Notes: generated by a model not told the origin, from the letters alone. DNA of 64,000 nt from Octopus vulgaris (GCA_951406725.2 OX597828.1:56730001-56794000), one strand, 5' to 3'. Shown: positions 12,975 through 26,804, numbered from the stretch's first letter. Made by a program: numbers and translations.

Positions 12975-13155
12975 AGTAGTGGGGGAGCATCATAGCCATG
13001 TGTAGGGGTTTGAATAATTCTTAGGGGGTTGAATAATTCACACTTGAAAACACGAGTGTTTCATTCAACATCCTTAAACAACCCTTATTCAAGGACCTTT
13101 TGAGAAGGATGGGTTACTCTACCAGAAGAAAATTCTAACTGGGCCTTACCTGCAA
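12975..13155 (+). mobile_element. Internal fragment of the ~555-bp TAA-associated element
   Basis: Reverse complement of 13706-13885, with a short internal duplication of GGGGTTTGAATAATTC. Confidence 0.8.
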
Positions 13156-13224
13156 GAAAAATTGTGAAAAAATCAACATTAATAATAATAATGATATCCA
13201 TAAAAGTAATAACATTTTTACTAA

Positions 13225-13412
13225 CGGCACAAGGCCAGAAATTTTGTAGGAGAGGACTATTTGATTATTCAGACCCAGTTTTTCGAAGGTGTATAATTTA
13301 TTAACCCAGAAAAGATTAAAAGAAAAGTCGACCTCGACGGAATTTGAACTCAAAACGTAAACAGTGATGAAATGCTGCGAAGTATTTTGCCCGACGTGCT
13401 AACGATTCCGCC
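13225..13412 (-). mobile_element. SINE family M
   Basis: AAAGTCGACCTCGACGGAATTTGAACTCA...GCTAACGATTCCGCC. Confidence 0.75.
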
Positions 13413-13443
13413 ACATCGAAGCCTCTACCACAGCAGTAATGAA

Positions 13444-14162
<719 letters not shown>

Positions 14163-14179
14163 CATCATCATTTTTATTA

Positions 14180-14775
14180 TTATTTTTATATGTTTGACTT
14201 TTGGTTTGCATTTGTAGATGTTGGTTACACTTCTCACCGAGAGACCTCAAGAGACAAATTAGAAGTTCATGTTGATGTTATGCATTGGGTGTCACATATT
14301 TAGTTATGCACAAAGTATTATTCTAGAGAGTGTTTAAGAAAACAAGAAAATTATGAGTTTGTTTTAAAATTTGAGATTATATAGACAGTATTTTACGTAA
14401 GATATGGGCAGTTCCCATGATCCCTATCTTATGAATTTCTGCAACTTGGGGGTTTCCTCATATCTGAGGAAGGTAGCGATCAGCCCATTTTGATATCATT
14501 CCTAGGGCACTTACGACAACTGTTATTACTTTACTCTTGAGGTTCCACACTTTGCCTGTTCCTATTTCAAGGTCTTTATAATTGCTGAGCTTCTATGTCC
14601 ATTGGGAGAGTCATAGTAATGAGAAAGCATGATTTTTTATCTGATGTCTTTAAATATAATACCTAACCTATGCGCATCTATCTTTCTGTCAATTTGAATG
14701 GCGAAGTTCCAGCGGAGTGAAATGTGGTCCTTTTCAATTTCTGGAGGTGGTTTGTGTTCCCACCTGTTATCCAGG
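14180..14775 (-). pseudogene. R4/Dong LINE 3' end (RLE plus 3'UTR)
   Basis: WEHKPP..WNFAIQIDRKID..KLSNYKDLEI..ALGMI..MGTAHILRKILSI*. Confidence 0.85.
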
Positions 14776-14887
14776 TTTATTGGAAATAAACTAGTGAATG
14801 TATTGTGCTGCTCTATCATCACTGTTCAGATACTCACTAGGCGCAAAAAGGCTGCACATGGAGACATCATTATTATTATTATTATTA

Positions 14888-15349
14888 CTTTTTTTTTTCT
14901 TCTTTCAAATTTGCTTCCATTTCTTGCCGAGTGTCTTCCCGACTCCTAGGGCAATACATTGGTAGGCCATTAAACCAAACTCAATAGTTCGTTCATTTTT
15001 TTTTGTTTTTTTTAAAGTTAAATTAAAATACATGAGCAGCAACAGTTCTCACATCGACAATGCTCTTCTCAATACGTGTGATGTACCAGTTAAGACAATA
15101 TTTTGCACTTCTTGCAGGGATGGTAAGCCAGGGATCATTCTCATATAATTTTCGGTTCCCTTCTTGATCATTCCTAGTGCTCCTACGATCACTGGTATTG
15201 TAACTGCCTTGAGATGCCACATTTTCTCAATTTCAATGAGTAGGTCTTTATATTTTCTGAGCTTGTCAAACTCTTTCGCTGAGATATTATGATCACAAGG
15301 GATGCTCATGTCGATCAATAAGCAAATTTTATTGTTTTGGTCTTTCACA

Positions 15350-15350
<1 letters not shown>
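14888..15350 (-). pseudogene. R4/Dong LINE 3' end (RLE plus 3'UTR), 5'-truncated within a TAA tract
   Basis: ORF 15049-15348 (LIDMSIP..KLRKYKDL..PVIVGALG..GTSHVLRRALSM); near-identical to 61050-61200. Confidence 0.9.
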
Positions 15351-15424
<74 letters not shown>

Positions 15425-15429
<5 letters not shown>

Positions 15430-15722
15430 AAGGATTGACGTAACTCCTCCTTAAGATATAGAGTCAAAATTAAAAGAAGAGCGCCATTGTTATCTAGTGA
15501 ACGATATTTCGACACCTCGTGTGTCTTCAACCGGTTGAAAAAAATAAGTTTGTCAATCTACTTCATTTTTGGTTAATATGTAAAGGATTCAGGTAACTCC
15601 TCCTGAAGATATAGAGTCAAAATTAGAAGAAAAGTGTCAGGAGGAGTTACCTCAATCCTTTACATATTAACCAAAATGAAGCAGATTGATAAATTTATTT
15701 ATTGAACCAGTTGAGACGCACA
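15425..15722. mobile_element. PLE pseudo-LTR cluster (tandem plus inverted copies) with HHR-like motif at 15500-15536 (-)
   Basis: Direct repeat 15427-15482/15581-15635; inverted repeat 15523-15605/15638-15720. Confidence 0.65.
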
Positions 15723-15725
15723 ATG

Positions 15726-15729
<4 letters not shown>

Positions 15730-15780
<51 letters not shown>

Positions 15781-15854
15781 CATTATTATTATTATTATCA
15801 TTATTATTATTATCATTATTATTATTATTATTATTATTATCATTATTATTATTA

Positions 15855-15952
<98 letters not shown>

Positions 15953-16221
15953 AAATATAATACTAATAGCATTATCGTTAATACAATTTCTTTTATGACT
16001 AACCTCTCTGCTACCACTAATACTACTGATACTGTATAAACTAATAGCAATAATGGTGATACTAAATTTGTACGTATTGCGAATATGATTATGGTGGTAG
16101 TGATACTAATATTAAAACTTTAACAATACGGCTAATTGCAATATCGATAACACTATTAATACTAATGCGAGTGCTAAAATTGATAATGTTGCTGCTGCCT
16201 ACATTGCTGGTGTTATTGGTG

Positions 16222-16258
<37 letters not shown>

Positions 16259-16309
16259 AACAACAACAACAACAACTACTACTACTACTACTACTGCTGC
16301 TGCTGCTAT

Positions 16310-16341
<32 letters not shown>

Positions 16342-16342
16342 T

Positions 16343-16393
<51 letters not shown>

Positions 16394-16440
16394 CGTGGCT
16401 GCTGCTGTTGCTGCTGCTGCAGTTTCTGCTACTACTAATA
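15730..16440. repeat. (TTA)n and (CTA/CAA/CTG)n microsatellite blocks
   Basis: Direct reading; blocks at 15730-15950 and 16220-16440. Confidence 0.9.
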
Positions 16441-16471
16441 ATAATGATTAAAATGATGATAATGGTGATAA

Positions 16472-16713
16472 TACTCTTTTACTTGTTTCAGTCATGTGAA
16501 TTTGGCCATGCTGTAGCACCGACTTTAGTCAACCAAATCGACCCCTGGCCGTATTCTTTGTAAGCCTAGTACTTATTCTATCGGTCTCTTTTGCCGAACC
16601 GCTAGGTTACGATTGTCAAGTGATCTTGGGGGGGACAAACACAGACACACAAACATATACACACACATAGATGACGGGCTTCTTTCAGTTTCCGTCTACC
16701 AAATCCACTCGCA
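16472..16713 (-). mobile_element. SINE family K, 3' part
   Basis: Reverse complement of 41500-41806. Confidence 0.85.
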
Positions 16714-16715
16714 AA

Positions 16716-16790
<75 letters not shown>

Positions 16791-16792
<2 letters not shown>

Positions 16793-16960
16793 CAGGGCCA
16801 ATAGACGGTATGTAGTTAGAGATAAATCAAGAAAAGAAATTCCTTTGAATCGATGTATCAATCCCAACAGACAGTTATGTATCTCTAAAAGAAACGAAGA
16901 AGCTCTCAAAATACAAAGATCTGGATATAGAGATAACTCAAATGTGGAGCGAAGGTATTT
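16791..16960 (+). pseudogene. R4/Dong RLE fragment
   Basis: IRANR..VVRDK..IDVSIPTD..KKLSKYKDLDIEITQMW directly after a (TAA)n tract. Confidence 0.8.
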
Positions 16961-17036
16961 GTCCATGATGTTATTGTAATTATTATTATCATCATCATCA
17001 TCATCATCATCGTCATTATTATTATTATTATTATTA

Positions 17037-17528
17037 TTGAGTGAGCGAGCATAGCATGCCATCAAAGTGACACTGGGGTAAAATATACGAAGCCCAGTGT
17101 ACCCATCATGACTACCCGTCTGATCAGGGTACACCAGGCACATGCATCACAACCATATGTGCGCAACATGGTGATCTCATATCAAGATAAACAGCACATG
17201 ACCTTGCAGGTGGAGCCCAGTTAGAATTTTCTTCAGATCGAGTAACCCATCCCGCTCAAAAGGTCCCTGAATAAGGGTTGTTTAAGGACGTTGAACGAAA
17301 CACCCATGTTTCCAGAGGTGAATTATTCAAACCCCAAAGAATCCTTCTCAAGACATGGCTATGGTGCTCCCCCACTACTTCTGCTCGTGATCAGAGATGC
17401 ACATATCGTCAGCCACTAAGGGACATGCTCAACTGGTTAAGGTCAAACAACTGACAAGCAAATCTGTGGTACTGAGCAGAATATTTGCTGTAGCCCATCT
17501 TTTATACCAAGACAAAACAATGTACATG
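17037..17528 (-). mobile_element. ~555-bp TAA-associated element, 5'-truncated copy
   Basis: Colinear with 13544-14032; flanked by (TTA)n. Confidence 0.85.
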
Positions 17529-17532
17529 TTAA

Positions 17533-17631
<99 letters not shown>

Positions 17632-17666
17632 CATTATTACTAATATCATTATCATTATTATTATTA

Positions 17667-17743
17667 TTCATGTTACTGCCTATAATCGCACTCGGAATGT
17701 GGGGATTTGTAACCCACGCTCTTAACCACTACGCCATATGTCC
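17667..17743 (-). mobile_element. tRNA-derived head followed by (TAA)n
   Basis: Similar to 11415-11487 (GCTCTTAACCACTACGCCATATG); minus strand runs into a TAA tract. Confidence 0.75.
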
Positions 17744-18103
17744 TTATGATGTTGAGTATACTTATATGTATATGGTTATGTGTACATCTGTACATATATA
17801 TGCATATGCGTGTGTATGTATATGTGCGCATGTGTATATGTATGTGTGTATATGTATATAGTATGCATATATATGTATATTCATACATTTTATGAGTATG
17901 GGGTTGCGTGTATTTTTACAATATTTTATATATTTTATATTTATGTTTTACTTTTATTTCCGCACCTATTAAAGTAACTTCCCTTTCTTCAACGGTTTTT
18001 ATCATAGCGTTCTTGTCTTAATAACTAATGAAAAATGCCTGGAAACCTTCTGCTAGAAATTCTTACTGTGTGTGTTATTGTGACAACTTATTGATTGTCC
18101 TAT

Positions 18104-18186
<83 letters not shown>

Positions 18187-18191
<5 letters not shown>

Positions 18192-18385
18192 TAAAAAAAA
18201 TGGAGTTAACGCAGGCGTAATCAAATAATTTTACTTTCGACACTTGTTTCGAAAATTCCACTGATACTATTCAAAAGAATAAATGGTATAAACAATGCAA
18301 TCTTCTCCCCAGGAAAGTGAAAAAAACGAAACTCGTCAATAAGACATTTGATTACACCTGCGTTAACTCCATTTTTTTAATTCAT
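18187..18385. mobile_element. PLE-type repeat with ~40-bp inverted ends and decayed HHR (18234-18317, -)
   Basis: TGGAGTTAACGCAGGCGTAATCAAAT/ATTTGATTACACCTGCGTTAACTCCA; homologous to 24247 and 49800. Confidence 0.65.
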
Positions 18386-18556
18386 ATTATTCAAAACATT
18401 CAACGTAAACACGAAGTTTCTACCTTTATAAACAAGGAGTTACTTGTGAGATTTTTGCTGCCCTGGTAACTATTTATTTATTTTTTTCGTATTAATTGTT
18501 AACAAGGTAAAAGTACACTCATCTATTTATATATATATTTATATATATATATATAT

Positions 18557-18632
<76 letters not shown>

Positions 18633-18691
18633 ATTCTTCTATTTACATATCGACGTCTAGTTAATTCTTTTGTTGTCACATTATATATATA

Positions 18692-18759
<68 letters not shown>

Positions 18760-19256
18760 AGAGAGAGAGAGAGAGAGAGAGATATGTGTGTATGTGTATG
18801 TCTGTATGAATGTTTGTCTGTCTGTGTGCGTGTATGTGCAGATTTTCATGGTTGATATATGTATTGTCATGCATATAGTTGCGTATCTAGCCATGCTCAT
18901 ATATATTTAAATTATAAATTCTGGAAATAACTTCCAATCCAGTGATGGATTGGATCTGTAGTCCATAGACTAGCTTCTCTCTGGTTTTGAGAAGCCTAGT
19001 TTCTCATGTTGGTATTTAGGCAGCGCGTTACATATCCTATCGTTCCAATAATTACAGTTATAAACTTTAACTTGTAATCTGGATAGAGTCACAGCAGACA
19101 CATGTATGTATTTATGCATGTGTGTGTGTATGTATGTATGTATGTATGTAAGTATGTATGTATGTATGTATGTATGTATGTATGTATGTGTGCATTTCTG
19201 GTATGTGTATATATGCATGGTTGTGTATCGATGTGTATATCTGTGTATATAGACAT

Positions 19257-19641
19257 GGAAGCACTCCGTCGGTTACGAAGACGAGGGTTCCGGTTGATCC
19301 GAATCAACGGAACAGCCTGATCGTGAAATTAATGTGTAAGTGGCTGAGCACTCCACAGACACGTGTACCCTTAACGTAGTTCTCGGGGGATATTCAGCGT
19401 GACACAGAGAGTGACAAGGCCGGCCCTTTGAAATACAGGTACAACAGAAACAGGAAGTAAGAGTGAGAGAAAGTTGTGGTGAAAGAGTACAGCAGGGATC
19501 ACCACCATCCCCTGCCGGAGCCTCGTGGAGCTTTAGGTGTTTTCGCTCAATAAACACTCAGAACGCCCGGTCTGGGAATCGAAACCGCGATCCTTTGACC
19601 GCGAGTCCGCTGCCCTAACCACTGGGACATTGCGCCTCCAC
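19257..19641 (-). mobile_element. Full-length tRNA-derived SINE, family R (resembles octopus OR-type), with 10-bp TSD
   Basis: A box TGTCCCAGTGG, B box GGTTTCGATTCCC; TSD ATATAGACAT at 19247-19256 and 19642-19651. Confidence 0.9.
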
Positions 19642-20016
19642 ATATAGACATATGCACTGTATATCTATGAGCTTGAGTATACATGTATATCCTTCTCGTT
19701 GTCTCACTGGGATTATTTGTAATGCTCCTGATTAATATCTATATATATACACTTAATCCAAAAACCATGTTTCGCTGTCAGACAAATTTTAAAACTTTGT
19801 AATTCCTATTATCAAAGGAAACCCATTTAATAGAATATAAACAAGATTATTTCCATATTTCGTTGCTTAACATCGGTAGTGTGGAAAGTGGAGGATGATA
19901 TGGAGTGGCGACTGCTGGTCTTCCATAAATAACCATGCCCAAACTTGTACTTCAGAACGGTACTTTTGATGTGTAATCACATGGTCACAGACATATAGAT
20001 AGATATATGTATATGT

Positions 20017-20092
<76 letters not shown>

Positions 20093-20191
20093 GTGTGTGT
20101 GTGTACTTTGTAATGTATATGTATATAAAAATGGGTGTAGGCGTCTGTGTCTATTGATAGATAGGTAGATAGAGAGGTAGATAGATAGATG

Positions 20192-20260
<69 letters not shown>

Positions 20261-20894
20261 ATAGATATACGTATATATACACGTAATTAAGTGTGTGCGC
20301 GATTTATTTTTGGCTATGTATATAGTTTATCTATCGTTCTGTCTCTCAGCATATATGTATTTGTAGGGGTGTGTGTGTGTGTGTGTGTTTGTACATCAAT
20401 GTGTGTGCGCGCATGTGTGTATGGGAGAGTGTGTTTGTGTGTGTATATGTGTCGGTGTGTGTGTGTGCGCGCTTATGTATGTACATATGTAATCAAGCAA
20501 TCTTAATTATTCTTGGGAATTTATACTTGACATCTAAGACAGGTGGTTTGGGAGAAAATTAGAATAATCCTGTCTTTAGCCAATATATAAATACTTCGAA
20601 ACTATTAAATGTGCCCGGTAGCGGTGTAGTATTTGTCAGCAAAGTAATGTTTAAATGATTTGAAGAAAAAATATTTATAATAAATTACTTAAAGTTTCTG
20701 CTATTTCATATTTGTAATGTATTTGGACTGTTATACTTTATGGAAAAGCGATCATTTAATGAGTGTATAAGTATTTCTAAGACTATATTTATATGGGCAT
20801 CAAGAAATCTCACTGCTTTTACATATATGTAGACCCACCAAATGAAGATTAAATTACAACATATATATATATATATAAACATAGCCCTTTTCAA

Positions 20895-21164
20895 GCCTTG
20901 CCGGTTTCTGTGACGTATGTGATACCCCCACCCAGCTGGACGGGATGCCGGTCCATTGCAGCGTTACTCAAGAAACAGAAAGAGAGAGCGAGAGAAGGTT
21001 GTGGCGAAAGAGTACAACAGGGATGGGCCCTCCACCCCTGCCGGTGCCTCGTCGAGCTTTTAGGTGTTTTCGCTCAATAAGCACACACAACGTCCGGTCT
21101 GGGAATCGAAACCGGGATCCTCCGACCACGAGTCAGCTGCCCTAACCAGTGGGTCATTGCGCCT

Positions 21165-21167
<3 letters not shown>
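20895..21167 (-). mobile_element. SINE family R variant
   Basis: Head and body similar to 19440-19641 but with a different 3' tail. Confidence 0.85.
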
Positions 21168-21210
<43 letters not shown>

Positions 21211-22197
21211 ACATACAAACATATATATTCCACATAATTATACTCACATATATGTAGTGCTGAAGATACCGATATATTCAAGACTCCAATGTATGATAAA
21301 TTTCAATATTTTTGTGCACATTTTCTTTTCTATAGTACAACAAAACCATTAAAGCCCAGAACTGTTTATATAATCCAAGCACTAAGTAACTGTAATCAAC
21401 AATTACTTTTATTATATGTGGCTTATCTTCTAAAGGGCGCGAGGGATTGTAGTATAGCAAATTATAGAAAACAATGTGGTTCTATATCATGAGCATAAAG
21501 TTGACTTTTCAAAAGATACGCTGTGGATATTTGAGTTATAAGTGTAGGTAAGCTGTAAAACGTATTGAAATTTAAAAAGAGCCTGAGAAGATATCTTGGT
21601 AATAAAATGTAAGTTCTAGAATCAAGCAAATATGACTAAGTTTCTTGTAAGTGTTTTAATAGAAGACAACGGTTACAAGACGCCCGTATAAATCGATGAC
21701 AAATAAATTTAAGAGATAGAAATGAACTCAACTAGAAAAACATTAGTGTTAAAATATCTCCTTAGAGAAATACATAGATTCATTTGCACAAATGAAAGTC
21801 TTTATGTACAACTCAGCAACATTTAATATATTGGAAAATTATATCGTAAACCAGTTCAACGGCATTATTATGAAGGAAAATAATAATTTGCTACAAATTC
21901 GAGTGTTAGAAGCTGCGTAAATCCCAAATGGTTACATTTAAAAATGCAGTTACTTAATGGCTTGATAAGCTGATTGTGGAACAACGAACTTTATTGCTCC
22001 AAAACGAGTACATGTAACACTTATATAAGTATGAATAGAAGTATGTATGTACGAATATATGCAGGAAAATATACTTCATAAACCTTCGTAAATTGCGTTT
22101 TAGATGGATTTCAATACAGAATGTGCACAAAACACCCTTCCTTGAAAGCACGCGCACACACCAACATATATGTAAGTCTCTCTCACTATCTCTCTCA

Positions 22198-22236
<39 letters not shown>

Positions 22237-22387
22237 CCTTCGTGCTCCACGATGTTTCGTCAGTGAATAGGTCGCGGTCTCAAAGCGACGTAAATATTTT
22301 GACAAATTTAATTTAAATGTTGAAGTGAATCTAACGGTTTTTGTGTGTTTCTTAAATGGCTTATAAACACCTTAAACGCTGCAATTG

Positions 22388-22436
<49 letters not shown>

Positions 22437-22445
22437 GTATATATA

Positions 22446-22539
<94 letters not shown>

Positions 22540-22582
22540 CCATTTAAGAAACACACACACACACACGCATATATATATATAC

Positions 22583-22680
22583 TACGAGCATCTTTCAATT
22601 TCCATCTACGAAATCTACTCACAATGCTTTGGTCAGCCCAAGGCAATAATAGAAGACAGCTGCCCAAGATGCCACATACG
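22583..22680 (-). mobile_element. SINE family K fragment
   Basis: Reverse complement of 41445-41540. Confidence 0.7.
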
Positions 22681-23248
22681 GTTTTATTACGATAGGTTAT
22701 ACGTTTTTATTGTGATTTTTCATTTTTAAATTGTATTTCATAAATATATTCTATAGATATTTATAATATTTATGTAAGTAATAATGGACTAATTTATTTA
22801 TTTTTGGTTATATGTCTATATAATTATTGATAGAGAAAATTTTAGATTTTTAATTACTATATTTGTTGATTATAATTCAGATACTTATTTTTATGTAGTT
22901 ATTATTTTATAATTATTAGATGTGAAATTAAATCTAAAAATATTTATAGTGATTATTTTCTTAAATAATTTGGTAATTAAATATTGAAGCATAACTGAGG
23001 TAAATATATTCGAGTTTATAATGGTTTTTTAAAGCCAAATTATATCTTCAAAGATAAATACATATTTCTACATATTTCTATCTATTTTTTACCTTAAAAA
23101 TTCAATATTTAACATAATAAGTGTACTGTAGTTTTAAGTTTCTAATTTAGTTAATGGTGTTCTTTTCTATAAGAAAAGTTATTACTTTATTTATTTCTTA
23201 AATAGATATTGTTTAACTCTATTTGCTTATATATTTAACTATTATCAT

Positions 23249-23325
23249 TAACCTGAAGATTGGCTATAATTTTAAATCGAATTTATTATAATTCGAAATT
23301 AATTCTAGCCATGAAACGTACGTTT
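23249..23325 (+). ncRNA. HHR-like motif in an AT-rich PLE-type repeat
   Basis: CTGAAGA T TGGCTA...TAGCCA T GAAAC GTACGTT; long stem II, weak stem I. Confidence 0.5.
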
Positions 23326-24144
23326 CATATATTGATCATTCATTTTATATGGTTTTCAGATCTTGTTATAAGTTATATGTGTTATAAAAATATTTATTAT
23401 TTGTTATCTATGTGTTGGCCTTTGTTTATAACTATTCGAGTTGCATAATAGTGGTTTTATCTCTAATTTATATATATATGTGTTTTTGTGTGCATGTGTT
23501 TATACTTATGTATGCATCTATCCATCTTCGTATTTGTATGTATTTATCCCCGTATCTCTCTCTCTCTATACACATACATACATACATACATAGTTACCTA
23601 TACAAAAAATGTAATGTTGAACTTTACATGTAATACTCAGCTGTAAGGTAACTATATAATATATAATTATACAACTATATATCATATTTATGATTATAAT
23701 AAGATCAGGAAACACAGAGGTAATTAATAAAACATTACTTATTAACCGTTATTTACATGCAGGAATTGAACAGCACTTTTGTATACCTTTATCAGCCTCT
23801 GAAGAGATTCGACTTTCAAATAATATTTAATTCAATTAATTAATTTTCTTGAGTTCTGAATTAAAACAGTTGTAATGAGTGTGCGTCAATTTTATTTAAT
23901 TAATAGATTGTCAAATATGACATTAATGGCCTCATTATTTTCCCATCTTATAAATTTTGTGTGTGTACGCTCTCGTGTGTGTGTGTGTATGAGTTTGTTT
24001 TTGTGTGCATGTGTTTATACTTATGTATGCATCTATCCATCTTCGTATTTGTATGTATTTATCCCCGTATATCTCTCTCTCTCTCTCTACACACACATAC
24101 ATACATACATACATACATATACACCTACCTACATACATACATTC

Positions 24145-24218
<74 letters not shown>

Positions 24219-24246
24219 CATATATATTTATTTATTTATTTATATA

Positions 24247-25750
24247 TGGAGTTAAACGCAGGTGTTATTCAAATCATTATTCTTCCGACGTATGTTTCGA
24301 AGAAAGTATTGGCATTGTTACGCCGCACGCAAGGCCTTACGATGCCACCACGGGCCCTCTCACAAACAGCCCGCGTGCGACGACGGCGCTCAGTAAATCA
24401 GAAATCCACTCCGGGAAGGGGCGAGACAGCGAACGGAGCCAGGAGCCAAGAACAACAAGAACAAAAGAATAACAGACACAGGCGTTGCGTAATGAAAGCA
24501 ATTCTTTTTGTTTAACAAACATTCAACAACAAAGGTTAACATACATTTAACACCTTGAACAATTCCTTTTTTTTTAACAGAGTTCGATTCTCAAAACATT
24601 TAGCATTTAACACACAAGTTCTTTCCCCTTTTTTTAACACAATTATTTTTCTTCTAACACAGAGAGTTCGATTCTCAAAGTTCTTCTTTTCTCTTCTTTC
24701 TTTTCTTTTCTCTCTTCCCTTTTTAAAAGAGTTAACAACTCGTATGTTTTTTCTTCTTTTCTTTTGAACAGTCTTACTCTTTCTTTTTTTTAAACATTTA
24801 CAAGTTCTTTTTTTTTATTCTATTTTCAACGGTAAACGTCAGAGTCTTTTTTCAATATTTAATAACACAACGTTTTCTTTTTTTTAACATTTAAACATCA
24901 AAGATTAAAACACAAAAGCATTTACCGGCACATTCCCTTAATTTCGCGTCTGCAACATTTTCTTAATTCCACGTCTCCCTCTACAGTTGCCCAGCTTCTT
25001 CATGTGTCCCTCTCTCTGCCCCTGTCAGTCTGTGACTGTCATCTCCCTGAATGTCCTTCGTCCTGTCATCTGACTGTCCCCAGCAGTTTAGCCCATCCGT
25101 ATATATTACGCCGTCCCGCCAGAAAGAGAGTCATACCGTAACTCAACTTGTGTGTAATTCCCTTCCCGACACTTTTATTTTTTTTAACTCTCCGTGACCG
25201 TAGTGGGCCAGAGTTCAAGTGCCTATGGCCATTAATAATCGTGCTCCTTTACAGGACAAAGGAAATCACACCGACCTGAACAACTGGAGCGCCGGTTCGA
25301 ACCCAACCAATGGAACAATTTTTTTTTGTTCGTCTACATTTTCCTTGGCCTTCGTAACAGTATTATTCCAGAATGAATAAAATTATGTAAAACAATGCAA
25401 TCTTCTCATCGAGAACAACAAGAGAAATAAAACGCATCAATAAATGAATGTGATTACTGCATATATGATGAGGAGAACGCTGGTAATACACGTAACCTCG
25501 AAGGCAATGTATGGAGAGAGAAGTAGAAGGAGGAAGAAAGAAATCAGGTGAATAGGAATAAAGATTAAAGGCGTGAAAATAGATATATTTAGTGGAAATA
25601 AAATCTAATAATACAGCTAAAGGTCGTATTTTATAGACAATTAGAAATTACTTATAGGTACTAAAAATATAGTTTTACTAATATTTGCTACGATAAGGAC
25701 TTTCTTTAAACCTTTAAACGTTTTGCAAGAGGATTCTCTGAGAAGAAGGT
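24247..25750. mobile_element. PLE-type repeat (family of 49794-50330) interrupted by a solo LTR
   Basis: 24247-24315 joined to 25360-25750 is colinear with 49815-50330. Confidence 0.75.
24316..25359. mobile_element. Solo LTR, 1044 bp (Gypsy-like)
   Basis: TGTTACG...CGTAACA termini; 4-bp TSD GCAT/GTAT; insertion point confirmed by the uninterrupted paralog. Confidence 0.8.
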
Positions 25751-26129
25751 GAAATACGGTTCATCGTTACAGAGCGAAAAAAATAATTTACATTCAGTAG
25801 GAAAGGAACTAAGAGAATATTCCATTCCAGATAAATTGTTTATTTAGTGACCACATTAATTTACTATGCCCAGTAACACTGCAATTTTTGCTACCCTTAT
25901 AACTATTTATTATTTCCGTGTTATGTGTACAAATTGAACACACACAAACACACGCACATGTGTTTGTATGCTTTTATCATTCATTTGTTTCAGCTATTTG
26001 CAGCTCTGTTGGAACAGTGCCTGGAAAGGTTTTAGTCGAACCCCCTCCACCCAAGAAATTACTTGTAATCATAGTACGTATTCAGTCAGTATCTTTTGCT
26101 GAACCGCTAGCTGGCCAGTTATGAAGCGT

Positions 26130-26330
26130 TGATGGGGGACGACAACCTATCATGTCAACATAGTCTTTTCATTCTCTCTCTGTTTATTTTCCCTTATTCC
26201 TTTCTGTTGAAGAGCGTAGGCTCGAAACGTAAAATACATTTTTTCATTTTCCCGAGCAACAGAGTTATACGCTTACTTGTTGTTCATACACCTGTCTTGG
26301 TGTCTTGTTTTTCTATAAATTTCAACTATG
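26130..26330 (+). mobile_element. PLE pseudo-LTR-like repeat with minimal HHR-like motif (26201-26234)
   Basis: TTT CTGTTGA A GAGC GTAG GCTC GAAAC GTA AAA. Confidence 0.55.
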
Positions 26331-26366
26331 TATATATATATATATATATTATCGCATTCTGACTTT

Positions 26367-26432
<66 letters not shown>

Positions 26433-26598
26433 ATATATAGGCGCAGGCACGGCTCCGTAGAAAGAAACTTGCTTCCCAATCACAGGGTCTCTGGGTTCAG
26501 TCCCACTACGTGGCAACTTGCGCAAGTCCTTTCTGCTATAGGCTCGGACCGGTCAAAGCCTTATGAGTGGATTTGATAGAAGGAAACTGAAAGAAGAC

Positions 26599-26746
26599 CA
26601 TTATTTACATTACTTATATTACATGGATATTTGTCCTCATTTACTTTGTTGTTAACGCAACGTTTCGGCGGATATACCTTCCAAACTTCTTCACATGTGT
26701 TGGGGAAATTTCGAACCTGTGTTCTCTTTCATAAAGTATTTTTCGA

Positions 26747-26804
<58 letters not shown>

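Noticed and set aside
18018-18068. Hammerhead trace (CTAATGA...GAAATTC)
   Set aside because: Core mutated and stem II unconvincing
21440-21950. Ancient LINE remnant
   Set aside because: Only two very short motif hints (ANYR, VDFSK); insufficient evidence
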